Positions 45,001 to 57,713 are shown, counted from the first letter of the stretch. The stretch: 64,000 bases of DNA from Eledone cirrhosa (GCA_964016885.1 OZ024759.1:3410001-3474000); one strand, 5' to 3'. Made by a program: numbers and translations. Notes: generated by a model from the sequence alone, not told the origin.

Positions 45001-48000
45001 TGCGTCTACAGTGTCTGTGTGTCTACAGTGTCTGTGTGTCTACAATGTCTGTGTGTCTACAATGTCTGTGTGTCTACAGTGTCTGTGTGTCTACAGTGTC
45101 TGTGTGTCTACAGTGTCTGTGTGTCTACAATGCCTTTGTCTACAGTGTCTGTGTGTCTACAATGTCTGTGTCTACAGTGTCTGTGTGTCTAAAATGTCTA
45201 CAGTGACTGTGTGTCTACAATGTCTGTGTGTCTACAGTGTTTCTGTGTCTACAATGCCTGTGTCTACAGTGCCTGTGTCTACAATGTCTGTGTGTCTACA
45301 GTGTCTGTGTGTCTACAGTGTCTGTGTCTCTACAGTGTCTGTGTCTACAGTGTCTGTGTGTCTACAGTGTCTGTGTGTCTACAATGTCTGTGTGTCTACA
45401 ATGTCTGTGTGTCTACAATGTCTGTGTGTCTACAATGTCTGTGTGTCTACAATGTCTGTGTGTCTACAGTGTCTGTGTGTCTACAGTGTCTGTGTGTCTA
45501 CAGTGTCTGTGTTTCTACAGTGTCTGTGTGTCTACAGTGACTGTATATACAGTGTCTGTGTGTCTACAGTGTCTGTGTGTCTACAATGCCTGTGTCTACA
45601 GTGTATGTGTGTCTACAGTGTCTGTGTCTACAGTGTCTGTGTGTCTACAGTGTCTGTGTGTCTACAGTGTCTGTGTGTCTACAGTGTCTATGTCTACAGT
45701 GTCTGTGTCTACAGTGTCTGTGTGTCTACAGTGTCTGTGTGCCTACAATGTCTGTGTGTCAACAGTGACTGTGTGTCTACAGTGTCTGTGTGTCTACAGT
45801 GTCTGTGTGTCTACAGTGTCTGTGTGCCTACAATGTCTGTGTGCCTACAATGTCTGCGTGTCTACAGTGTCTGTGTGTCTACAGTGTCTGTGTGTCTACA
45901 GTGTCTGTGTGTTTACAGTGTCTGTGTGTCTACAATGTCTGTGTGTCTACAGTGTCTGTGTGTCTACAATGTCTGTGTATCTACAATGTCTGTGTGTGTA
46001 CAATATCTGTGTGTCTACAATGTCTGTGTGTCTACAATGTCTGTGTGTCTACAGTCTCTGTGTGTCTACAGTGTCTGTGTCTACAGTGTCTGTGTGTCTA
46101 CAGTGTCTGTGTCTACAGTGTCTGTGTGTCTACAGTGTCTGTGTGTCTACAATGTCTGTGTGTCTACAATGTCTGTGTGTCTACAATGTCTGTGTGTCTA
46201 CAATGTCTGTGTGTCTACAGTGTCTGTGTGTCTACAGTGTCTGTGTCTCTACATTGTCTGTGTATCTACAGTGTCTGTGTGTCTACAGTGTCTGTGTGTC
46301 TGTGTCTACAGTGTCTGTGTTTCTACAGTGTCTGTGTCTACAGTGTCTGTGTGTCTACAGTGTCTGTGTGTCCACAATGTCTGTGTGTCTACAATGTCTG
46401 TGTGTCTACAATGTCTGTGTGTCTACAGTGTCTGTGTGTCTACAGTGTCTGTATCTACATTGTCTGTATCTACAGTGTCTGTGTCTCTACAGTGTCTATG
46501 TCTACAATGTCTGTGTGTCTACAGTGTCTGTGTGTCTACAGTGTCTGTGTGTCTAAAATGTCTGTGTCTACAGTTTCTGTGTCTACAGTGTCTGTGTGTC
46601 TACAATGTCTGTGTGTCTACAGTGTCTGTGTCTACAGTGTCTGTGTGTCTAAAATGTCTGTGTCTACAGTGACTGTGTGTCTACAGTGTCTGTGTGTCTA
46701 CAATGTTTGTGTGTCTACAGTGTCTGTGTGTCTACACTGTCTGTGTCTACAATGTCTGTGTGTCTACAGTGTCTGTGTGTCTAAAATTTCTGTGTCTACA
46801 GTGACTGTGTGTCTACAGTGTCTCTGTGTCTACAATGCCTGTGTCTACAGTGTTTGTGTGTCTACAGTGTCTGTGTCTACAGTGTCTGTGTGTCTACAGT
46901 GTCTGTGTGTCTACAATGTCTGTGTGTCTACAATGTCTGTGTGTCTACAGTGTCTGTGTGTCTACAGTGTCTGTGTTTCTACAGTATCTGTGTGTCTACA
47001 GTGACTGCATATACAGTATCTGTGTGTCTACAGTGTCTGTGTGTCTACAATGCCTTTGTCTACAGTGTCTGTGTGTCTACAATGTCTGTGTCTACAGTGT
47101 CTGTGTGTCTAAAATGTCTACAGTGACTGTGTGTCTACAGTGTCTGTGTGTCTACAATGTCTGTGTGTCTACAGTGTCTGTGTGTCTACAATGCCTTTGT
47201 CTACAGTGTTTCTGTGTCTACAATGCCTGTGTCTACAGTGCCTGTGTCTACAATGTCTGTGTGTCTACAGTGTCTGTGTGTCTACAGTGTCTGTGTCTAC
47301 AGTGTCTGTGTGTCTACAGTGTCTGTGTCTACAGTGTCTGTGTGTCTACAGTGTCTGTGTGTCTACAATGTCTGTGTGTCTACAATGTCTGTGTGTCTAC
47401 AATGTCTGTGTGTCTACAATGTCTGTTTGTCTACAATGTCTGTGTGTCTACAGTGTCTGTGTGTCTACAGTGTCTGTGTTTCTACAGTGTCTGTGTGTCT
47501 ACAGTGACTGTATATACAGTGTCTGTGTGTCTACAGTGTCTGTGTGTCTACAGTGTCTGTGTGTCTACAATGCCTGTGTCTACAGTGTATGTGTGTCTAC
47601 AGTGTCTGTGTCTACAGTGTCTGTGTGTCTACAGTGTCTGTGTGTCTACAGTGTCTATGTCTACAGTGTCTGTGTCTACAGTGTCTGTGTGTCTACAGTG
47701 TCTGTGTGCCTACAATGTCTGTGTGTCAACAGTGACTGTGTGTCTACAGTGTCTGTGTGTCTACAGTGTCTGTGTGTCTACAGTGTCTGTGTGCCTACAA
47801 TGTCTGTGTGCCTACAATGTCTGTGTGCCTACAATGTCTGCGTGTCTACAGTGTCTGTGTGTCTACAGTGTCTGTGTGTTTACAGTGTCTGTGTGTCTAC
47901 AATGTCTGTGTGTCTACAGTGTCTGTGTGTCTACAGTGTCTGTGTGTCTACAGTGTCTGTGTGCCTACAATGTCTGTGTGCCTACAATGTCTGTGTGCCT

Positions 48001-51000
48001 ACAATGTCTGCGTGTCTACAATGTCTGCGTGTCTACAGTGTCTGTGTGTCTACAGTGTCTGTGTGCCTACAATGTCTGTGTGTCAACAGTGACTGTGTGT
48101 CTACAGTGTCTGTGTGTCTACAGTGTCTGTGTGCCTACAATGTCTGTGTGCCTACAATGTCTGTGTGCCTACAATGTCTGCGTGTCTACAGTGTCTGTGT
48201 GTCTACAGTGTCTGTGTGTCTACAGTGTCTGTGTGTCTACAGTGTCTGTGTGTCTACAGTGTCTGTGTGTCTACAGTGTCTGTGTGTCCACAATGTCTGT
48301 GTGTCTACAATGTCTGTGTGTCTACAATGTCTGTGTGTCTACAGTGTCTGTGTGTCTACAGTGTCTGTATCTACATTGTCTGTATCTACAGTGTCTGTGT
48401 CTCTACAGTGTCTATGTCTACAATGTCTGTGTGTCTACAGTGTCTGTGTGTCTACAGTGTCTGTGTGTCTACAGTGTCTGTGTCTAAAGTGTCTGTGTGT
48501 CTACAATGTCTGTGTGTCTACAGTGACTGTGTGTCTACAGTGTCTGTGTGTCTAAAATGTCTGTGTCTACAGTTTCTGTGTCTACAGTGTCTGTGTGTCT
48601 ACAATGTCTGTGTGTCTACAGTGTCTGTGTGTCTACACTGTCTGTGTCTACAATGTCTGTGTGTCTACAGTGTCTGTGTCTACAATGTCTGTGTCTACAG
48701 TGACTGTGTGTCTACAGTGTCTCTGTGTCTACAATGCCTGTGTCTACAGTGTTTGTGTGTCTACAGTGTCTGTGTCTACAGTGTCTGTGTGTCTACAGTG
48801 TCTGTGTGTCTACAATGTCTGTGTGTCTACAATGTCTGTGTGTCTACAGTGTCTGTGTGTCTACAGTGTCTGTGTGTCTACAGTGTCTGTGTTTCTACAG
48901 TATCTGTGTGTCTACAGTGACTGTATATACAGTGTCTGTGTGTCTACAGTGTCTGTGTGTCTACAATGCCTTTGTCTACAGTGTCTGTGTGTCTACAGTG
49001 TCTGTGTGTCTAAAATGTCTACAGTGACTGTGTGTCTACAGTGTCTGTGTGTCTACAATGCCTTTGTCTACAGTGTTTATGTGTCTACAATGCCTGTGTC
49101 TACAGTGCCTGTGTCTACAGTGCCTGTGTCTCTACAGTGTCTGTGTCTACAGTGTCTGTGTGTCTACAGTGTCTGTGTGTCTACAATGTCTGTGTGTCTA
49201 CAATGTCTGTGTGTCTACAATGTCTGTTTGTCTACAATGTCTGTGTGTCTACAGTGACTGTATATACAGTGTCTGTGTGTCTACAGTGTCTGTGTGTCTA
49301 CAGTGTCTGTGTGTCTACAATGCCTGTGTCTACAGTGTCTGTGTCTACTGTGTCTACAGTGTCTGTGTCTACTGTGTCTACAGTGTCTGTGTCTACAGTG
49401 TCTGAGTCTACAATGTCTGTGTGTCTACAGTGTCTGTGTGTGTACAGTGTCTGTGTCTACAGTGTCTGTGTCTACAGTGTCTGTGTCTACAGTGTCTGTG
49501 TGACTACAGTGTCTGAGTCTACAATGTCTGTGTGTCTACAATGCCTGTGTCTACAGTGTCCGTGTGTCTGTGTCTACAGTGTCTGAGTCTACAATGTATG
49601 TGTGTCTACAGTGTCTGTGCCTACAATGCCTGTGTCTACAGTGTCTGTGTGTCTACAGTGTCTGTGTCTACAGTGTCTGAGTCTACAATGTCTGTGTGTC
49701 TACAGTGTCTGTGTCTACAATGTCTGTGTCTACAGTGTCCGTGTGTCTGTCTACAGAGTCTGTGTGTCTACAGTGTCTGTGTCTACAGTGACTGTGTGTC
49801 TACAGTGTCTGTGTGTCTACAATATGTGTCCACAGTGTCCGTGTGTCTGTCTACAGTGTCTGTGTGTCTACAGTGTCTGTGTCTACAGTGCCTGTGTGTC
49901 TACGTCTGTGTGTCTACACTGTCTGTCTGTCTACAGTGTTTGTGTGTCTACAGTGTTTGTGTGTCTACACTGTCTGTCTGTCTACAGTGTTTGTGTGTCT
50001 ACAGTGTCTGTGTTTCTACAGTGTCTGGGTGTCTACAGTGACTATATATACAGTGTCTGTGTGTCTACAGTGTCTGTGTGTCTACAGTGTCTGTGTGTCT
50101 ACAGTGTCTGTGTGTCTACAATGTCTGTTTCTACAGTGTCTGTGTGTCTAAAATGTCTGTGTCTACAGTGACTGTGTGTCTACAATGTCTGTGTGTCTAC
50201 AGTGACTGTGTGTCTACAATGTCTGTGTGTCTACAATGTCTGTGTGTCTACAGTGCCTGTGTCTACAGTGCCTGTGTCTCTACAGTGTCTGTGCCTACAA
50301 TGCCTGTGTCTACAGTGTCTGTGTCTACAGTGTCTGTGTCTACAGTGTCTGAGTCTACAATGTCTGTGTGTCTACAGTGTCTGTGTCTACAGTGTATGTG
50401 TCTACAGTGACTGTGTGTCTACAGTGTCTGTGTGTCTACAACATGTGTCTACAGTGTCTGTGTCTACAGTGTCTGTGTGTCTACACTGTCTGTCTGTCTA
50501 CAGTGTTTGTGTGTCTAAAGTGTCTGTGTGTCTACAATGTATGTGTGTATACAGTGTCTGTGTGTCTACGTCTGTGTGTCTACAGTGTCTGTGTGTCTAC
50601 AGTGTCTGTGTCTCTACATTGTCTGTGTGTCTACAGTGTCTGTGTCTACAGTGTCTGTGTGTCTACAGTGTCTGTGTGTCTACAATGCCTGTGTCTACAG
50701 TGTATGTGTGTCTACAGTGTCTGTGTGTCTACAGTGTCTGTGTCTACTGTGTCTACAGTGTCTGTGTCTACTGTGTCTACAGTGTCTGTGTCTACAATGT
50801 CTGTGTGTCTACAGAGTCTGTGTGTGTACAGTGTCTGTGTCTACAGTGTCTGTGTCTACAGTGTCTGAGTCTACAATGTCTGTGTGTCCGTGTCTACAGT
50901 GTCTGTGTCTACAGTGTCTGAGTCTACAGTGCCTGTGTCTACAGTGTCTGTGTGTCTACAGTGTCTGTGTCTACAGTGTCTGTGTCTACAGTGTCTGAGT

Positions 51001-54000
51001 CTACAATGTCTGTGTGTCTACAATGCCTGTGTCTACAGTGTCCGTGTGTCTGTGTCTACAGTGTCTGAGTCTACAATGTATGTGTGTCTACAGTGTCTGT
51101 GCCTACAATGCCTGTGTCTACAGTGTCTGTGTCTAAAGTGTCTGTGTCTACAATGTCTGTGTGTCTACAGTGTCTGTATCTACAGTGTCTGTGTGTCTAA
51201 AATGTCTGTGTCTACAGTGACTGTGTGTCTACAGTGTCTGTGTGTCTACAATGTTTGTGTGTCTACAGTGTCTGTGTGTCTACAGTGTCTGTGTCTACAA
51301 TGTCTGTGTGTCTACAGTGTCTGTGTCTACAGTGTCTGTGTGTCTAAAATGTCTGTGTCTACAGTGACTGTGTGTCTACAGTGTCTGTGTGTCTACAATG
51401 TTTGTGTGTCTACAGTGTCTGTGTGTCTACAGTGTCTGTGTCTACAATGTCTGTGTGTCTACAGTGTCTGTGTCTACAGTGTCTGTGTGTCTAAAATGCC
51501 TGTGTCTACAGTGTCTGTGTCTACTGTGTCTACAGTGTCTGTGTCTACTGTGTCTACAGTGTCTGTGTCTACAGTGTCTGAGTCTACAATGTCTGTGTGT
51601 GTACAGTGTCTGTGTGTGTACAGTGTCTGTGTCTACAGTGTCTGTGTCTACAGTGACTGTGTGTCTACAATGTCTGTGTGTCTACAGTGACTGTGTGTCT
51701 ACAATGTCTGTGTGTCTACAATGTCTGTGTGTCTACAATGTCTGTGTGTCTACAGTGCCTGTGTCTACAGTGCCTGTGTCTCTACAGTGTCTGTGCCTAC
51801 AATGCCTGTGTCTACAGTGTCTGTGTCTACAGTGTCTGAGTCTACAATGTCTGTGTGTCTACAGTGTCTGTGTCTACAGTGACTGTGTGTCTACAGTGTC
51901 TGTGTGTCTACAATATGTGTCTACAGTGTCTGTGTCTACAGTGTCTGTGTGTCTACACTGTCTGTCTGTCTACAGTGTTTGTGTGTCTAAAGTGTCTGTG
52001 TGTCTACAATGTATGTGTGTATACAGTGTCTGTGTGTCTACAGTGTCCGTGTGTCTACAGTGTCTGTGTCTCTACATTGTCTGTGTGTCTACAGTGTCTG
52101 TGTCTACAGTGTCTGTGTGTCTACAGTGTCTGTGTGTCTACAATGCCTGTGTCTACAGTGTATGTGTGTCTACAGTGTCTGTGTGTCTACAGTGTCTGTG
52201 TCTACTGTGTCTACAGTGTCTGTGTCTACTGTGTCTACAGTGTCTGTGTCTACAATGTCTGTGTGTCTACAGAGTCTGTGTGTGTACAGTGTCTGTGTCT
52301 ACAGTGTCTGTGTCTACAGTGTCTGAGTCTACAATGTCTGTGTGTCCGTGTGTCTGTGTCTACAGTGTCTGTGTCTACAGTGTCTGAGTCTACAGTGCCT
52401 GTGTCTACAGTGTCTGTGTGTCTACAGTGTCTGTGTCTACAGTGTCTGAGTCTACAATGTCTGTGTGTCCGTGTGTCTGTGTCTACAGTGTCTGTGTCTA
52501 CAGTGTCCGAGTCTACAGTGCCTGTGTCTACAGTGTCTGTGTGTCTACAGTGTCTGTGTCTACAGTGTCTGAGTCTACAATGTATGTGTGTCTACAGTGT
52601 CTGTGCCTACAATGCCTGTGTCTACAGTGTCTGTGTCTAAAGTGTCTGTGTCTACAATGTCTGTGTGTCTACAGTGTCTGTATCTACAGTGTCTGTGTGT
52701 CTAAAATGTCTGTGTCTACAGTGACTGTGTATCTACAGTGTCTGTGTGTCTACAATGTTTGTGTGTCTACAGTGTCTGTGTGTCTACAGTGTCTGTGTCT
52801 ACAATGTCTGTGTGTCTACAGTGTCTGTGTCTACAGTGTCTGTGTGTCTAAAATGTCTGTGTCTACAGTGACTGTGTGTCTACAGTGTCTGTGTGTCTAC
52901 AATGTTTGTGTGTCTACAGTGTCTGTGTATCTACAGTGTCTGTGTCTACAATGTCTGTGTGTCTACAGTGTCTGTGTCTACAGTGTCTGTGTCTACAGTG
53001 TCTGTGTGTCTAAAATGTCTGTGTCTACAGTGACTGTGTGTCTACAGTGTCTCTGTGTCTACAATGCCTGTGTCTACAGTGTCTGTGTGTCTACAGTGTC
53101 TGTGTCTACAGTGTCTGTGTGTCTACAGTGTCTGTGTGTCTACAATGTCTGTGTGTCTACAATGTCTGTGTGTCTACAGTGTCTGTGTGTCTACAGTGTC
53201 TGTGTGTCTACAGTGACTGTATATACAGTGTCTGTGTGTCTACAGTGTCTGTGTGTCTACAATGCCTTTGTCTACAGTGTCTGTGTGTCTACAATGTCTG
53301 TGTCTACAGTGTCTGTGTGTCTAAAATGTCTACAGTGACTGTGTGTCTACAGTGTCTGTGTGTCTACAATGTCTGTGTGTCTACAGTGTCTGTGTGTCTA
53401 CAGTGTTTCTGTGTCTACAGTGTCTGTGTCTACAATGTCTGTGTGTCTACAGTGTCTGTGTCTACAGTGTCTGTGTGTCAAAAATGTCTGTGTCTACAGT
53501 GACTGTGTGTCTACAGTGTCTGTGTGTCTACAATGTTTGTGTGTCTACAGTGTCTGTGTGTCTACACTGTCTGTGTCTACAATGTCTGTGTGTCTACAGT
53601 GTCTGTGTCTACAGTGTCTACAGTGTCTGTGTCTACAGTGTCTGTGTCTACAGTGTCTGTGTGTCTACAGTGTCTGTGTGTCTACAATGTCTGTGTTTCT
53701 ACAGTGTCTGTGTGTCTACAGTGACTGTATATACAGCGTATGTATGTCTACAGCGTCTGTGTGTCTACAGTGTCTGTGTGTCTACAATGCCTGTGTCTAC
53801 AGTGTATGTGTGTCTACAGTGTCTGTGTCTACAGTGTCTGTGTCTACTGTGTCTACAGTGTCTGTGTCTACAGTGTCTGAGTCTACAATGTCTGTGTGTC
53901 TATAGTGTCTGTGTGTGTACAGTGTCTGTGTCTACAGTGTCTGTGTCTACAGTGTCTGTGTCTACAGTGTCTGAGTCTACAGTGCCTGTGTCTACAGTGT

Positions 54001-56302
54001 CTGTGTGTCTACAGTGTCTGTGTCTACAGTGTCTGAGTCTACCATGTCTGTGTGTCTACAATGCCTGTGTCTACAGTGTCCGTGTGTCTGTGTCTACAGT
54101 GTCTGAGTCTACAATGCATGTGTGTCTACAGTGTCTGTGCCTACAATGCCTGTGTCTACAGTGTCTGTGTGTCTACAGTGTCTGTGTCTACAGTGTCTGT
54201 GTCTACAGTGTCTGAGTCTACAATGTCTGTGTGTCTACAGTGTCTGTGTCTACAATGTCTGTGTCTACAGTGTCCGTGTGTCTGTCTACAGTGTCTGTGT
54301 GTCTACAGTGTCTGTGTCCACAGTGACTGTGTGTCTACAGTGTCTGTGTGTCTACAATATGTGTCTACAGTGTCCGTGTGTCTGTCTACAGTGTCTGTTT
54401 GTCTACAGTGTCTGTGTCTACAGTGTCTGTGTCTACAGTGTCTGTGTCTCTACATTGTCTGTGTGTCTACAATGTCTGTGTCTACAGTGTCTGTGTGTCT
54501 GTGTGTCTACAGTGTCTGTGGTTCTACAGTGTCTGTGTGTCTGTGTGGCTACAATGTCTGTGTGTCTACAGTGTCTTAGTCAACAGTTTCTGTGTCAACA
54601 GTGTCTGTGTCTACAGTGTCTGTGTGTCTACAATGTCTGTGTCTACAGTGTCTGTATGTCTACAGTGTCTGTGTGTCTACAGTGTGTGTGTGTCTACAGT
54701 GTCTGTGTGTCTACAGTGTCTGTGTGCCTACAATGTCTGTGTGTCTACAGTGTCTGTGTCTACAGTGTCTGTGTGTCTACAATGTCTGTGTGTCTACAGT
54801 GTGTGTGTCTACAGTGTCTGTGTGTCTACAGTGTCTGTGTGTCTACAGTGTCTGTGTCTACAGTGTCTGTGTCTACAGTGTCTGTGTGTCTACAGTGTCT
54901 GTGTGTCTACAGTGTCTGTGTGTCTACAGTGTCTGTGTGCCTACAATGTCTGTGTGTCTACAGTGTCTGTGTCTACAGTGTCTGTGTCTACAGTGTCTGT
55001 GTCTACAGTGTCTGTGTGTCTACAATGTCTGTGTGTCTACAATGTCTGTGTGTCTACAGTGTCTGTGTGTCTACAGTGTCTGTGTGTCTACAGTTTCTGT
55101 GTCTACAGTGTCTGAGTCTACAGTGCCTGTGTCTACAGTGTCTGTGTGTCTACAGTGTCTGTGTCTACAGTGTCTGAGTCTACAATGTCTGTGTGTCTAC
55201 AATGCCTGTGTCTACAGTGTCCGTGTGTCTGTGTCTACAGTGTCTGAGTCTACAATGCATGTGTGTCTACAGTGTCTGTGCCTACAATGCCTGTGTCTAC
55301 AGTGTCTGTGTGTCTACAGTGTCTGTGTCTACAGTGTCTGTGTCTACAGTGTCTGAGTCTACAATGTCTGTGTGTCTACAGTGTCTGTGTCTACAATGTC
55401 TGTGTCTACAGTGTCCGTGTGTCTGTCTACAGTGTCTGTGTGTCTACAGTGTCTGTGTCCACAGTGACTGTGTGTCTACAGTGTCTGTGTGTCTACAATA
55501 TGTGTCTACAGTGTCCGTGTGTCTGTCTACAGTGTCTGTTTGTCTACAGTGTCTGTGTCTACAGTGTCTGTGTCTACAGTGTCTGTGTCTCTACATTGTC
55601 TGTGTGTCTACAATGTCTGTGTCTACAGTGTCTGGGTGTCTACAGTGTCTGTGTGGCTACAATGTCTGTGTGTCTACAGTGTCTGTGGTTCTACAGTGTC
55701 TGTGTGTCTGTGTGGCTACAATGTCTGTGTGTCTACAGTGTCTTAGTCAACAGTTTCTGTGTCAACAGTGTCTGTGTGTCTACAATGTCTGTGTCTACAG
55801 TGTCTGTATGTCTACAGTGTCTGTGTGTCTACAGTGTGTGTGTGTCTACAGTGTCTGTGTGTCTACAGTGTCTGTGTGCCTACAATGTCTGTGTGTCTAC
55901 AGTGTCTGTGTCTACAGTGTCTGTGTGTCTACAGTGTGTGTGTCTACAGTGTCTGTGTGTCTACAGTGTCTGTGTGTCTACAGTGTCTGTGTCTACAGTG
56001 TCTGTGTCTACAGTGTCTGTGTGTCTACAGTGTCTGTGTGTCTACAGTGTCTGTGTGCCTACAATGTCTGTGTGTCTACAGTGTCTGTGTCTACAGTGTC
56101 TGTGTCTACAGTGTCTGTGTCTACAGTGTCTGTGTGTCTACAATGTCTGTGTGTCTACAATGTCTGTGTGTCTACAGTGTCTGTGTGTCTACAATGTCTG
56201 TGTGTCTACAGTGTCTGTGTGTCTACAGTGTCTGTGTGTCTACAGTGTCTGTGTGTCTACAGTTTCTGTGTCTACAGTGTCAGTGTCTACAGTGTCTGTG
56301 TC
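1..56302. repeat. Giant tandem mini/satellite array of 17-bp (CTACAGTGTCTGTGTGT) and 15-bp (CTACAGTGTCTGTGT) units with G/A and other variants; roughly 3,400-3,500 units; open at the window start
   Basis: Continuous TCTACA[G/A]TGTCTG(TG)n periodicity from base 1 to ...AGTGTCTGTGTC at 56302, then an abrupt switch to complex sequence. Unit count is estimated from length divided by ~16.3 bp. Confidence 0.99.
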
Positions 56303-57345
56303 CCACTGTCCCTCTATATTGTCCGACTCTAAATGCTCTTCCTTACTGTCGAAAGCATCAAGTAATATGCTTTGAAATTTATTTCTGGCTGTGGGGTCCT
56401 TTAGCTTCCATATTTTTCTCTTGAGGATAGTCCTCTTCTGCTGTCGAGTACGTCTCGTCCTGACTATGAGGTCGCTAATTATCAGTCTATGTTGGGAGGT
56501 GCTTTCTTCATGGGGGAGGGATTTAGTGTTTACAACAGACACTCTGTCACGTCTTCTGGTAAGGATATAATCTACCTGGCTGGTATGTTCCCCTGATCTG
56601 TAGATGATCAAGCGATTGTCTCGTTTTTTGAAGTTAGTGTTACAGATAGTTAGCCTATTTGCGTCACAGAATTCCAGGGTTCTGGAGCCTTCCTCATTTC
56701 TAGTACCAAACCCATAGCCTCCGTGGATTCCGTCATAACCGTCACAATGTTGTCCAATGTGACCATTTAGGTCGCCAGCAATAGTTATATAGTCACTGTC
56801 GGTTATTTGGGAGGTAGTGAGCATCAGTGTCTCATAGAATCTGTCTTTTATAGCGCCAGGCAGTCCGGATTGGGGCGCGTACGCAGATATTACTGTCACA
56901 GTAGTACTATTTTGAACAAGTCTTATTTTAATTATTCTGTCATTCACTCTATTTACGTCTATTATCTTATCCACCCATTTTTCTGCTAACATGATTCCTA
57001 CCCCACCCAGCCCATTGTCATTTCCCAGCCAGAAAAGCTTATAGCATCGTTTTTACCCACAATGAATCTAGCAGACCCGCCCCTCCACCTGATCTCTTGG
57101 ATACAGCAAACATCAACCTCCTTACGTTCAAGCATTTCTACAACCTCGTTAGAGCGGCCTTTTAAGGTGCCTACATTCATGGTACCAACTCTGAAGTTTT
57201 GGATTGCGTTTGGTGGGTAGAGCGCAGGGAGGGGTGAGGGGGATGGGGTTGGGGTTATGTTGGCCATCCGCGGCCGCAACAAAGAGGAGGAGGCCTTGCC
57301 CTTTCGTCCGGCAGCATGACGTGAATTTGTCGTTATCTTTGGCAT
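56240..57345 (-). pseudogene. Frameshifted APE (exonuclease/endonuclease/phosphatase) ORF of the RTE-like LINE ('craniofacial development protein 2-like' type)
   Basis: Motifs in order: VGTMNVGTL, CIQEIRW, (YKLFWLG..GGVGI), ISAYAPQ, IAGDLNGHIG, GYGFGTRNEEG, ICNTNF, SQVDYIL, SQHRLII, RKIWKL. One 1-nt frameshift at ~57047-57054 (A5 run on the - strand) joins the two ORFs, with no other stops. The ORF ends at a TAG supplied by the satellite. Confidence 0.92.
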
Positions 57346-57640
57346 TGTCTTCGAGTGTCCAGATTCTTCAGACTCTCCAGAAATTACTTAGTCCATCCAT
57401 CATATCGAAAAGTAACCAGAAGTGATAGCATAGGCCGTTGACTTGTGATTGGTCCAAATAATAAAGGTGGAGAGTGGGGGAGGGAGGGGTATGGGGTAGT
57501 TAGCGAGGAGAAGATTATTTAGAACAGTCAGACAGAATTATAGAATAGCAATTATGAAGTAGGATTTGGATTCTGGGCGATTATAGATATATGGATGAAT
57601 GAACTGAAGGGTGGGAGACAAGAAGAAAATGTTATTTATA
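56303..57640 (-). mobile_element. 5' part of an RTE-like non-LTR retrotransposon (putative 5' UTR, APE endonuclease, start of linker), cut off by the satellite; no RT domain in the window
   Basis: ORFs 56998-57345 and 56240-56992 (-) together encode an EEP/APE domain close to the start of the ORF, as in RTE elements. The 5' boundary is approximate and lies next to (TA)n. Confidence 0.85.
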
Positions 57641-57654
57641 CATTACATTTCATA

Positions 57655-57670
57655 TGTATATTTATATATT

Positions 57671-57710
<40 letters not shown>
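57655..57710. repeat. (TA)n microsatellite
   Basis: Direct reading; imperfect at the left end. Confidence 0.95.

Positions 57711-57713
<3 letters not shown>

Noticed and set aside
1-56302. CRISPR array
   Set aside because: No unique spacers, no cas genes, and a eukaryotic context.
1-56302. Telomere-like TG-rich terminal array
   Set aside because: No G-tracts or TTAGGG. The TG-rich strand runs 5'->3' toward the unique sequence, opposite to telomere polarity for a left end. Multi-kb higher-order copies indicate recombination rather than telomerase.
9-56424. Hundreds of long Cys/Val/Ser-rich + strand ORFs (up to 864 aa), superficially metallothionein- or keratin-associated-like
   Set aside because: They occur in all three frames because the unit lacks + strand stops. 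The 17-bp unit is not a multiple of 3, and most starts are GTG. These are translation artefacts.
56807-57425. + strand ORFs 56807-56989 and 57204-57425
   Set aside because: Antisense shadows of the LINE ORF with no recognisable motifs.
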